From the IMG/VR virus record IMGVR_UViG_3300017991_000058: 64,000 nucleotides of DNA; one strand, given 5' to 3'. Position numbers and translations under genes: made by a program. Position 1 is the stretch's first letter. Every line of letters begins with the position of its first letter. The notes beneath the pieces were generated by a model. It was not told where the DNA came from and ran no database searches. It saw only the letters and a list, made by a program, of their open reading frames with translations. The DNA comes from an uncultured virus (IMG/VR IMGVR_UViG_3300017991_000058). Taxonomy: Duplodnaviria > Heunggongvirae > Uroviricota > Caudoviricetes. This document shows, in pieces, positions 1-8,066 of the stretch.

Positions 1-79
1 CGCGCGACGAGCTCGTCTGCGCCCCCGGCCACGATCGCCGTGATATTCACGCGGCGAGCCATACGCTCCAACATACCCG

Positions 80-631
80 TCACGTCCGCCACCCGGCCCT
101 CCCATAGTAGCCGGCCTCCGCCCACAGCGTCGCGCCGGGGCACGCGACGACGGGCCACCGCAGGAGCCTCGCCGCGTCGACGACGGCGATCGCCCCGGCC
201 AGGGACCCGACGCGACCGACGGGGACGACGCGCTCGCTCTCTTCGAGATAGCCGGCGGTCCCGAGGTCCAGCAGAATGGCCCGATGGATCGCCGGGTCCG
301 CGGCGAGCGAGACGCGCGCCGGAGCCTCGGCGACGCAGACGTCGACGAAGGACCCGTCCGGACGCTTTGGGATCGGACCGCCGACCCCCCTCCCGCGACG
401 GACAAGGGTCGCCCGAACGTCCTTCAGGGGAACGTTAGTCTCTGCGAACGCGCCGGACGGCGTCGGGGCAAACTCCCGCATGACGACGCCGAGATCGACG
501 CGCGCCCCCAGCCTGAACTCGGACGCGAGAGCGGCGTCGACGCGGGCCAGCACGGCGACGAACCTGTCCGGCAACTCGTCGACGGAGCCGCACGGAACGA
601 GCAGGCTGTCGATGCAGTCCATCAGCCGCAC
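80..631 (-). CDS. hypothetical phage protein
   Basis: 183 aa ORF with normal globular composition, chained to neighbouring minus-strand genes; no recognisable motif. Confidence 0.55.
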   Translation of the reverse strand: MRLMDCIDSLLVPCGSVDELPDRFVAVLARVDAALASEFRLGARVDLGVVMREFAPTPSGAFAETNVPLKDVRATLVRRGRGVGGPIPKRPDGSFVDVCVAEAPARVSLAADPAIHRAILLDLGTAGYLEESERVVPVGRVGSLAGAIAVVDAARLLRWPVVACPGATLWAEAGYYGRAGWRT

Positions 632-744
632 GCCCGTATCTGGACCCAGACGGACGCGACTATCGCCGCGCCGACGAGAACGGGTAGGACCTCGAACAAG
701 AGCCAGTCGACGGCCGCCCTGACGATCTTCCCGATCACGGTCAC
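622..744 (-). CDS. small membrane protein (40 aa)
   Basis: GTG at 744 overlaps the upstream TGA (GTGA); hydrophobic stretch WLLFEVLPVLVGAAIVASVWV. Confidence 0.45.
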   Translation of the reverse strand: MTVIGKIVRAAVDWLLFEVLPVLVGAAIVASVWVQIRACG

Positions 745-1286
745 CCCCTGACTCCCGGCGGGTGGTCCTGGCCCGGAGCGAACCACCGCCACTGACGCCT
801 GACGCACCTTCCGACGCCGCCGAACAGGTCCGGGCCCCACTCGCTGCCTTTCTTCCGTCTCTGCGGGACGCTGAAGACGCGCTTCTCGGCGGCGACGGCC
901 CCGGACTCGGCCAGCCGGATGGTCCGTCTCCGCACCGTCTCGGGGCTGGTGCGGAACCCCCTGGAGCGGAGCTCGGAGACGAGGGCGTCGGTCGTCACCC
1001 CGCCGACCTCGTCCGGGCCGCGAAACCCGGTCCGCTCCTTCAGCACCTGGACTATGGCCGCGTCGATCCGCTTCCAGGACCTGCGCCGGCGGCGAGCCGG
1101 CGGGTCCGGAGCGTCGAGCAGCCGGCGCTCCAGCACGCCGATCGCCTCCAGAGACAGCCGACGCCTGACGATCCGCTCGAGCTCGGCGTCCGCCACCTCG
1201 ACGGCGTCCGGCGGGTGACCGTCGGCGACGAGACCGCGGCGGACGCGAAGGACGGAGCGGAGGGCCGCGCGGACGGAGGCGTTCAT
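741..1286 (-). CDS. winged-helix DNA-binding protein (DeoR/ArgR-like HTH)
   Basis: ATG at 1286 overlaps upstream stop; TTDALVSELRSRGFRTSPETVRRRTIRLAESGAV resembles a wHTH. Confidence 0.5.
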   Translation of the reverse strand: MNASVRAALRSVLRVRRGLVADGHPPDAVEVADAELERIVRRRLSLEAIGVLERRLLDAPDPPARRRRRSWKRIDAAIVQVLKERTGFRGPDEVGGVTTDALVSELRSRGFRTSPETVRRRTIRLAESGAVAAEKRVFSVPQRRKKGSEWGPDLFGGVGRCVRRQWRWFAPGQDHPPGVRG

Positions 1287-1516
1287 CCCAGTGTCCGCTC
1301 GATCTCCATTCGGGCGTCGCAGACGCAGTCCTCGAGCTCCTCGTCGGAACACAGCCCGCTGCGCTCGACGAGCTCGAGCCACCCAGAGATCACGTCCAGG
1401 GCGTTCCGGTTGCAGTCCCGAACGCGGCCGTCCAGGACGGCGTCGATCTGCCCCTGAACCGCCGTTCCGAGGTCGTTGTACGCCCGAGCTACCTCGATCA
1501 GGTCAGCGAGAGTCAT
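1283..1516 (-). CDS. hypothetical protein
   Basis: 77 aa, GGAGAGGGG upstream, abuts neighbours. Confidence 0.6.
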   Translation of the reverse strand: MTLADLIEVARAYNDLGTAVQGQIDAVLDGRVRDCNRNALDVISGWLELVERSGLCSDEELEDCVCDARMEIERTLG

Positions 1517-1807
1517 CTAGAGCCCCCTCTCCTGCGGAGGCCACGAATCGAACTCGACCTCCTCGACGTCGACGGCCGGAGCCGTCTCGTCCATGCCCCA
1601 ATTGATGAACGTCTCCGGGTCGACGCCCGTCAGCAGGAACTGCACCAGGCCGCGCCCGGTGCGGACCTGCGCGGCGTACTCTCCCCCGCTCCCACGCACG
1701 AACTCGAGCCGGTCGAACGCCTCGACCAGATAGTGCTCGATGGCAGACTCGATCTCGGTCCGCGAAAGCTCGTGCGGATCGGTGTATCCATTGATATTCA
1801 TAAACAT
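1517..1807 (-). CDS. hypothetical acidic protein
   Basis: 96 aa, AAGGAG RBS upstream. Confidence 0.65.
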   Translation of the reverse strand: MFMNINGYTDPHELSRTEIESAIEHYLVEAFDRLEFVRGSGGEYAAQVRTGRGLVQFLLTGVDPETFINWGMDETAPAVDVEEVEFDSWPPQERGL

Positions 1808-1817
1808 ATCAGGCTCC

Positions 1818-2171
1818 TTAGTCGTGGTAGATGTCGACGGGAGGATGAGCTTCGCCCCATCCGTCGTCGGCGAGCCGCGCGCCGATCTCTTCGCTCAGGC
1901 GCTCCATCTCCCCGTCGGTGACGTACAGCGTGTAACGCGGGTCGCGCGTTCCGACGGCCCGCATCTCCTCGTCGGTGATGTAGGAGACGCCGTGCGGCTC
2001 CGCGCCCCAGCGACGGACGCCCAGCGTCGAGCGGATGGCCTGCCCCACGATCCCGCGGACGCGCCGGACCGCTCCCCGCGGGGCCTGGACGATCACGATC
2101 GCCAGGCGCCTGCCGTCGTCCTCGAAGGAGTGTCCGCCGTCCGCGACCCTGGCCGTGATCTCCTCGAACAT
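1818..2171 (-). CDS. hypothetical protein
   Basis: 117 aa, strong GGAGGAGAGG RBS. Confidence 0.65.
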   Translation of the reverse strand: MFEEITARVADGGHSFEDDGRRLAIVIVQAPRGAVRRVRGIVGQAIRSTLGVRRWGAEPHGVSYITDEEMRAVGTRDPRYTLYVTDGEMERLSEEIGARLADDGWGEAHPPVDIYHD

Positions 2172-2181
2172 CCTCTCCTCC

Positions 2182-2370
2182 TTACTGCTCGTCGGGCTCG
2201 TCGTCGCCGACGGCCATGTTGTCGATGAGAGCCTCCATGGCGTCGCCGCAGGCCGGGCACATGCCGTGGGAGACGATCTCGTCGGGGTCGGGCTCGCCCT
2301 CCACCCACCGACCGTCGATCAGCATCCGCCGGCACCAGGCGCACTGGACGCGATACTCGTCGCGGGCCAT
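2182..2370 (-). CDS. small zinc-finger protein (CAWC...SHGMCPAC)
   Basis: ATG at 2370; two CxxC pairs with SHG, a common small phage Zn-binding pattern. Confidence 0.65.
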   Translation of the reverse strand: MARDEYRVQCAWCRRMLIDGRWVEGEPDPDEIVSHGMCPACGDAMEALIDNMAVGDDEPDEQ

Positions 2371-2372
2371 CT

Positions 2373-2630
2373 CTACAGCCCCTTGACGACGGCGACGGAG
2401 TAGCGACCGGGAGCGACGAGGACGGTCTCGCGGCGGAGCCCGTTGTCGGCCAGGAAGCGGTGGGCGATCGCCCAGACGCGCTCGCTGCGGGCGAGCAGGT
2501 CGGCGTCCTTGGCCCCGCCCAGCCTGTAGTTGGTGAGAAGCTCGTCGGCGGAGTCGAACAGCTCCGTCGCCCTGGCGATCGCGGTCCGCGTCTCGGTCTC
2601 GGTCTTGGCTGCCATGTCCCTGCCCTCCAT
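2373..2630 (-). CDS. hypothetical protein, first gene after a sigma70-like promoter (start may be 2615)
   Basis: 85 aa ORF directly downstream of TTGACA-N17-TATATT. Confidence 0.6.
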   Translation of the reverse strand: MEGRDMAAKTETETRTAIARATELFDSADELLTNYRLGGAKDADLLARSERVWAIAHRFLADNGLRRETVLVAPGRYSVAVVKGL

Positions 2631-2638
2631 CTACTCTC

Positions 2639-2667
2639 AATATAGTATACCGGGGGGGACCTGTCAA
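2639..2667 (-). promoter_or_regulatory. sigma70-type promoter TTGACA-N17-TATATT
   Basis: perfect -35 (2662-2667), 17-nt spacer, 5/6 -10 (2639-2644) in an AT-rich intergenic gap. Confidence 0.7.
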
Positions 2668-2710
2668 GAGGAAATCGACGGGATCGTGCACAATTTTCGG
2701 CGCGGAGATC

Positions 2711-3412
2711 TCAGCCCTGCCGACGATGGCGTCGGAGCGGGATCGGCAGGCTGAGCTGGCGCCCGGCGGCCCGCTCCTCCGCCAGCCTGCGGGAGCGGAG
2801 CCAGTCCTGAAACAGGATGGCGACGGACGGGAACCCGGCGACGCTGGCCGGGCGGCCGTCGGGTCGGACGTACCGGACCCGCCCGCGGATGAAGTCGACT
2901 GCGGCCGCGGGGTAGCGGAGCCTGACGACTCCTCTCTCCGACCTCCGGGCGGAGACGTACCTGAACCACCAGGCCTTCCCGACCTTCGCCGGGAGGAGCG
3001 CGGCGACGAGCTCGGCCCGGCCGGAGACGACCTCGCGGACGGCCTTTGCGACCCACAGCTCCTCCGCCCTGCCGTACGGCGGGTTCATCCAGCACCGACC
3101 TCTCCACGGGAGAGACAGACCGTCGTCGTCGACGGTGAAGTACCTGCTGCAGACGTGGAGCTCAGCGCTGGCCGCGACGTCCAGGTCGAACGCTCCGTCC
3201 GCCCACAGGTCGGCGTACCGGCGGACGAGCTCGTCGGGGGACCCCCACTCCCACGTCTCGGCGGGTAGCAGGAGAGGGCCAACGCGCCGCTCTGCGCCCC
3301 CCTCAGGGCCCGGGAGAGGTCCGGGGGTGCCGGAGACCGCCCCCGGAGCGACGGGCGGCTCGAGACGGAACAGGGCCATCTGGCGTTGAAGGTCGTCGTC
3401 GCTCCAGCTCAT
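2711..3412 (-). CDS. phage N6-adenine DNA methyltransferase (Dam-like)
   Basis: WGSP, FDLDVAA, YFTVDDDGL and catalytic NPPY motif. Confidence 0.85.
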   Translation of the reverse strand: MSWSDDDLQRQMALFRLEPPVAPGAVSGTPGPLPGPEGGAERRVGPLLLPAETWEWGSPDELVRRYADLWADGAFDLDVAASAELHVCSRYFTVDDDGLSLPWRGRCWMNPPYGRAEELWVAKAVREVVSGRAELVAALLPAKVGKAWWFRYVSARRSERGVVRLRYPAAAVDFIRGRVRYVRPDGRPASVAGFPSVAILFQDWLRSRRLAEERAAGRQLSLPIPLRRHRRQG

Positions 3413-3418
3413 GGCACC

Positions 3419-4024
3419 TCACACTATCAGACCGACCTCGTCGCGGATGGCGGCGCCGAGATCGAAGCCGGGCTCGGAGCGGAACGCGTCCCCGTGCTCG
3501 GCCCACGCCACGGCCTGCGTCGCCGAGTCGTACCTGGCCGCCAGGGTCGACCGCGACCACAGTCCGGACGCCTCGAGCACGGCTCTAGCGTACCCAATGC
3601 CGCCCATAGCGACCCGGTCTCGGCCCGGAGACACCCGCCATCTGCACGTCGCCACGGCCTCCCACATCGACTCTCCGGCCCACACGACGGAGAGTCGAGA
3701 CTGAGGCGGAGCGTCCACGGTCTCGGCCATGACACTGACGACGGACACCACCTGGGGGAATCCGGACAGTGAGGCCCACCGGACGGACGCGGACAGGAAG
3801 GCCATCTCGAGCGCTCTTCGGAACCCGGCGACAACCGCGAGCGCGATCATAGGCCGCGGATCGTCCGCCGCCAGCCAGGCGGTCCGAAGGCACCCGCCGT
3901 GCCGATCGACCCACTCCGCGACGAGGCGCGGCGCGGTGCGCCCCTTGACGTGGACGAGATCGCCGCACACGGCGTCGAGCCCGCCCAGCCGCCAGACGGC
4001 GTCGATCCGATCAACGCCCGTCAC
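3419..4024 (-). CDS. hypothetical protein
   Basis: 201 aa ORF in the gene chain. Confidence 0.5.
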   Translation of the reverse strand: MTGVDRIDAVWRLGGLDAVCGDLVHVKGRTAPRLVAEWVDRHGGCLRTAWLAADDPRPMIALAVVAGFRRALEMAFLSASVRWASLSGFPQVVSVVSVMAETVDAPPQSRLSVVWAGESMWEAVATCRWRVSPGRDRVAMGGIGYARAVLEASGLWSRSTLAARYDSATQAVAWAEHGDAFRSEPGFDLGAAIRDEVGLIV

Positions 4025-4445
4025 GATCGTCCCCCGAGACTAGCTTGAACCCGGTCGTGTCGCCGGAGGCCAGCCTGAACACGGTTCCGACGCGGATCGA
4101 CCTGCTCATCCAGACGGCGACCCCGGGCCGAATCAGTACCGGATACACGACGGACTGCGGTGCCGCCGGCGGGACGTACCTGCGGCGCAGGTCCCACACG
4201 ACGGGGGTAACGGCCCGGAACAGGACGTCACCGCCGTAGGGCGAGCCTCCATCGACGTCTCCGACGAGGACGGCGACCATCGCGGCGTAGCCGTCCTCGG
4301 GTACCAGTCGACGCCGCGGCGTCCCGCCGAAGTACTCGTCGACGATCGGAGACGACGTGTAGGCCACGAGGAAGCGCCCCCCGAGACGGTACGCGGCGAC
4401 GACGTCCGCGTCGGCGTGGGCGTCCAGCAGCTCGACGACGTCCAT
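4011..4445 (-). CDS. hypothetical protein
   Basis: ATG at 4445 overlaps upstream TGA; MDVVELLDAH... 144 aa. Confidence 0.5.
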   Translation of the reverse strand: MDVVELLDAHADADVVAAYRLGGRFLVAYTSSPIVDEYFGGTPRRRLVPEDGYAAMVAVLVGDVDGGSPYGGDVLFRAVTPVVWDLRRRYVPPAAPQSVVYPVLIRPGVAVWMSRSIRVGTVFRLASGDTTGFKLVSGDDRDGR

Positions 4446-4771
4446 CAGTTCCCGGCCAGGCGCCAGAGCGCGTCTGCGTAGTCGACGACGACGTCCGCGT
4501 CGGACCTCAGCTCGTCGTACCGAGACGAGCGCCTGCGGACGACGTCGTCGATCATCAGCAGGTTCCCGGCCATTACGGCCGGGTCGCATCCCCCTCCGCC
4601 GATCTTGGCGGCGAGCGACTTCAGCCTTGAGTTGGCGGACTCGGCGAACCAACTCGACGCACCCCCGGCGACGGCCTCGCGCGTCAGCTCGTCGAACAGC
4701 TCGCCGAGGTCGACGTCCAGGGCCCCCAGCCGCCGGATGCTGTCGAGACGGTCGTGCTCGTCCCGGTCCAC
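4445..4771 (-). CDS. hypothetical protein
   Basis: 108 aa helical ORF, tight packing. Confidence 0.55.
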   Translation of the reverse strand: MDRDEHDRLDSIRRLGALDVDLGELFDELTREAVAGGASSWFAESANSRLKSLAAKIGGGGCDPAVMAGNLLMIDDVVRRRSSRYDELRSDADVVVDYADALWRLAGN

Positions 4772-4772
4772 G

Positions 4773-5198
4773 CTACGTCACCTGCCCCCCGAGTCTGACG
4801 AGAGACCCCGCGGCCGAGACGTCGCGCTCCAGGACCGCAACCGCGCCCGCGACGGGCCCCGGGATCGCCACACCCCGCTCAGGCATCAGCCGGGCGAGAC
4901 GGACGACGTACCTCCCGTGGTGGACGAGCTGGCCGCCGGACGGCTTTACGACGACGTCCGCCGTTCGTCGGCGACGAATCGTCTCGTGGGCCATCCACCG
5001 CAGGACACCGGAGGACGACTTCAGCGTGACCGGGGGCTCTCGGCAGTCGATCGGCGGCGAGCGGTCGACCCCGTCGATGTGGTCGACGATCCCGCGGATG
5101 TGCATCAGCTCGTCCGGCCAGAGCGCGTCGTCCGGAAGGGACGTCAGCCACTCGACGGTCTCGCGTATCCGCCGCACCATGTCGCCGCGGAGCGTCAC
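4773..5198 (-). CDS. hypothetical protein
   Basis: 141 aa, GTGA overlap with upstream gene. Confidence 0.5.
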   Translation of the reverse strand: MTLRGDMVRRIRETVEWLTSLPDDALWPDELMHIRGIVDHIDGVDRSPPIDCREPPVTLKSSSGVLRWMAHETIRRRRTADVVVKPSGGQLVHHGRYVVRLARLMPERGVAIPGPVAGAVAVLERDVSAAGSLVRLGGQVT

Positions 5199-5449
5199 CC
5201 CTCGGACTTGCGCTCGGCCGCGGCGGCGGCCCGCCGCTCCCTCATCATCGCGGTGTGCTCCGACCTCCGGACGGCCGATGCCCGCTCGAGCTGCTCGTGG
5301 AGCTCGCCAACCCCGGCGGCGTGGTCGAGGACGATCCGCATCCAGGTGTACATAGGCATCCCGTCCTCGGCGGCGGCCGCCCTCCAGGCGTCGAGCTCCG
5401 CCTGGCTGGCCTTGATGCTCGTCTGCGCGTCGTATCTGGACATCGACAC
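5195..5449 (-). CDS. ribbon-helix-helix-like small regulator
   Basis: TSIKASQAELDAWRAAAAEDGMPMYTWMRIVLD fits a strand-helix-helix pattern; GGAGGG RBS. Confidence 0.5.
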   Translation of the reverse strand: MSMSRYDAQTSIKASQAELDAWRAAAAEDGMPMYTWMRIVLDHAAGVGELHEQLERASAVRRSEHTAMMRERRAAAAAERKSEG

Positions 5450-5506
5450 CCCTCCGTCGGAGACGTTACTGCTCGTCCGCCCGTGAGGCGTACCGACGGA
5501 GACCGG

Positions 5507-6232
5507 TCAGCGGGAGTCCGGGTCTCTCAGAGCGAGCCACGCCGCGAAGTTGTGCCACCGCCAGACGCAGTCGACGTCGGAGAACCCGGCGGCCCGGAGC
5601 AGCTCGACGTTCCACCTGGCCGTCACAGGAACCAGGACCCCCTCGAGCGCCAGGCGCTTTCGCTCTACGTCGTCGCGGGAGTAGCCGCGCCGCTCCTTGC
5701 TCTCGAGATAGGCGTCTACCATGGCGGCGTCGAGCTCCGCGGTGTCGCCAAGCACCTTCTCGACGACGATCGCGGCGCCTCCCGGAACGGTTGACCGGTA
5801 GATGGACCGGACGATCTGGTGGCGGTATTCGATCGGCGTGAACTGCAGGACGAGGACGGCCATCGTGACCGACGCCGACACGTCCGGGTAGCCGCGGCGC
5901 AGGTCGTGGTCCAAGACGACGACGCGGCCGGACTCGATCCCCTCCGCGAACCGCTCCCTGGCGGCGGCGAGCATCGGGGCGGACACCTCGACGCCGACCA
6001 GCCTGCACGTCGAGCCGCGGACGGCCTCGAACCTGGCCAGGGCCTCGCCCCTCGCGCAGCCCAGGTCGACGACGTCCGTCCCGCCCGAGGCGTAGCGGAG
6101 AGCGAGCCCCAGAACGACGCTGCGCATGACCTCGTACTGGGGGATGGACCGCGCCAGCATGTCGTCGAAGACGCGGGTCACCTCTCCGTCGAACTCCCAC
6201 CGGTCCGGAGCATAGCCGGTGTCTCTCGTCAC
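5507..6232 (-). CDS. cmoA: carboxy-S-adenosyl-L-methionine synthase (CmoA family)
   Basis: WEFDGEVTRVFDDMLARSIPQY, DLGCARG, VLQF, PGG..VVEKV, YSRDDVERKRLALEGVL (the KR Arg equivalent to E. coli R199), C-terminal WHNF. Confidence 0.92.
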   Translation of the reverse strand: MTRDTGYAPDRWEFDGEVTRVFDDMLARSIPQYEVMRSVVLGLALRYASGGTDVVDLGCARGEALARFEAVRGSTCRLVGVEVSAPMLAAARERFAEGIESGRVVVLDHDLRRGYPDVSASVTMAVLVLQFTPIEYRHQIVRSIYRSTVPGGAAIVVEKVLGDTAELDAAMVDAYLESKERRGYSRDDVERKRLALEGVLVPVTARWNVELLRAAGFSDVDCVWRWHNFAAWLALRDPDSR

Positions 6233-7617
6233 TTCGGACCTCCGACAAGTCGCTTGAACTCCGCGGCGTAGTATCTCCGCGGGTCACCGACGGCGGCGGC
6301 CGCGGCGCCCTTCAGCCCGGCGCCGTCCTGGAACGCCAGCTTTGGCCTGTGCACGACGCGGTCCGGGAGCAGCCCGGAGTAGGCCCGCGACATGACGGCC
6401 TTCGGGCGTCCCCTACTCGCCACGGCGCTCTGGGGGAGAGACAGCGCGAACTCGACGAGACTCGTGTGGAGAAACGGAAGGCGGCACTCCACCCCGTGGG
6501 AGAGAAACACCTTGTTGCACCTGGCGAAGTTCTTCCGGTGCTGGTCCAGAAAGGTGCGCTTCCTGTACGCGTGCCAGCCGAACTTATGAACGCCGTGGTA
6601 GCTGAACCCGTAGCTGGCCATGAGCTCGTCCGCCCCCTCCCCACTGAACGTGACCTTGAACCCGTCGGCGCTCATGGATCTGGCCAGGTGGAGGCACGCC
6701 CACCCTATCTCCACCTGGGCCTTGTGGGGCATCTCGATCCGCCGGACGACATCGGAGAGGTCGTCCGCAGTCGGGGCCGGGACGGCGATCTCTCTCAGCT
6801 CCGTCCCGAGCCGGTCGGCGACCTCGCGGGCGGCCAGGAGGTCCGGGCTCTTCGGATCGCGGTACGCGACGAACGCGACGACGTCGGGAACATGAGACAC
6901 CAAGTGGGACAGGACCGAGCTCGAGTCGATCCCGCCGCTCAGGAGAGCGCACACGGGGACGTCGGAGATCGACCTCTCGGCGACCCCGGACGCGATCTCC
7001 ATCCGCATGCGCTCCGCGGCGGAGTCGAGCGTCGTCTCTGCAGGAGCCGCCGGCGCGTCGTACCATCTCTCGACGGACATCCCGCCGGAGCCGTCGATCT
7101 CGACGACCGTGCCGGGCTCGACCCACGTGGCGGCGGCCGGGGGGAGCCCGGCGGCGGCCACGGCCCTGATCTCCGATGCGAAGGCCACCCTTCCGCCCAC
7201 GCGCGCGACGTGGAGCGGAACCTCCCCGAACCTGTCCCGCGCCAGCCTGAGAGTCTCTCCGTCCGCCCACGCCACGGCGAACATGCCCTCCATCCGCGAC
7301 AGCCCGGCGACGCCCCAACGGTCCAAAACGGCTGCGACGACCTCCGTGTCCCCGTCCGTGCAGAACGACTCCCCCAGAGACTCGAGCTCGGCTCTCAGGC
7401 CGAGATAGTTCCACAGCTCTCCGTTGTAGGAGACGGTGACGTCGCCGCGCGAGAACGGCTGGTCGCTGCGAGAATCGAGGTCCAGGATCGCGAGCCTGGT
7501 GTGACCGAGCCAGAACGGCCCGACGCGGACGACTCCGATCGCGTCGGGACCCCTGTGGCGCAGCGCGGCCACGGCCGCGTCGACGGGGTCTCCGACCCCT
7601 CCGACTACCCCGCACAC
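6229..7617 (-). CDS. asnB: asparagine synthetase B-like glutamine amidotransferase / ATP-dependent amide ligase
   Basis: N-terminal MCG nucleophile, HRGPD, GHTRLAILD, YNGELWNY, DTEV, RDRFG, LLSGGIDSS PP-loop, SGEGADE, VECRLPFL. Confidence 0.9.
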   Translation of the reverse strand: MCGVVGGVGDPVDAAVAALRHRGPDAIGVVRVGPFWLGHTRLAILDLDSRSDQPFSRGDVTVSYNGELWNYLGLRAELESLGESFCTDGDTEVVAAVLDRWGVAGLSRMEGMFAVAWADGETLRLARDRFGEVPLHVARVGGRVAFASEIRAVAAAGLPPAAATWVEPGTVVEIDGSGGMSVERWYDAPAAPAETTLDSAAERMRMEIASGVAERSISDVPVCALLSGGIDSSSVLSHLVSHVPDVVAFVAYRDPKSPDLLAAREVADRLGTELREIAVPAPTADDLSDVVRRIEMPHKAQVEIGWACLHLARSMSADGFKVTFSGEGADELMASYGFSYHGVHKFGWHAYRKRTFLDQHRKNFARCNKVFLSHGVECRLPFLHTSLVEFALSLPQSAVASRGRPKAVMSRAYSGLLPDRVVHRPKLAFQDGAGLKGAAAAAVGDPRRYYAAEFKRLVGGPK

Positions 7618-8066
7618 TCGGCCGCCTCCGCCAGGAACCGCCGAGCCGCCTCGACGTTGACGGGGTTGTTCCAGAACCTGACGATCCCGGACGGGTGCGG
7701 GATGACCGCGATCTCGGCCGGCCCGTCGAGCGCGCCGGAGACCCAGACCATGAACCCGATGCGGTCGACTCTGACTCCCAGCGACTCGGCCATCCGTCTA
7801 GACGCCAGAACGACGCGCCTGCCTAGAAGCTCCATCCGAGACCGTCTCCAGGCCCTGCGGACGGCCGACTTCGGAAGGGAGTCGCCCTTGCGGCCGCCGC
7901 TCCGGCCGGGCCACTCGGACAGCAGGTTGGCCGGCTCGAACATCGCCAGAAGTTCGCCGTGGTCAACGCCTGCGATCTTGGCCAGCCGCCTTCCGCTGTC
8001 TCCGGAGAACGGTCTTGACGGGTCGGACTTCCTGCTCGGCGCCTCGCCCAGAATGACGACTCTCAT
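7605..8066 (-). CDS. uracil-DNA glycosylase superfamily protein (family 4-like, no Fe-S cysteines)
   Basis: ATG at 8066 overlaps MTase stop; ILGEAP, PFSGDSG, IPHPSG motifs. Confidence 0.75.
   Translation of the reverse strand: MRVVILGEAPSRKSDPSRPFSGDSGRRLAKIAGVDHGELLAMFEPANLLSEWPGRSGGRKGDSLPKSAVRRAWRRSRMELLGRRVVLASRRMAESLGVRVDRIGFMVWVSGALDGPAEIAVIPHPSGIVRFWNNPVNVEAARRFLAEAAECAG

Noticed and set aside
5507..6232. cmoA as a tRNA-modification gene
   Set aside because: No cmoB or tRNA gene was recognised in the window, and the gene is coupled to DNA-acting enzymes; not excluded experimentally.
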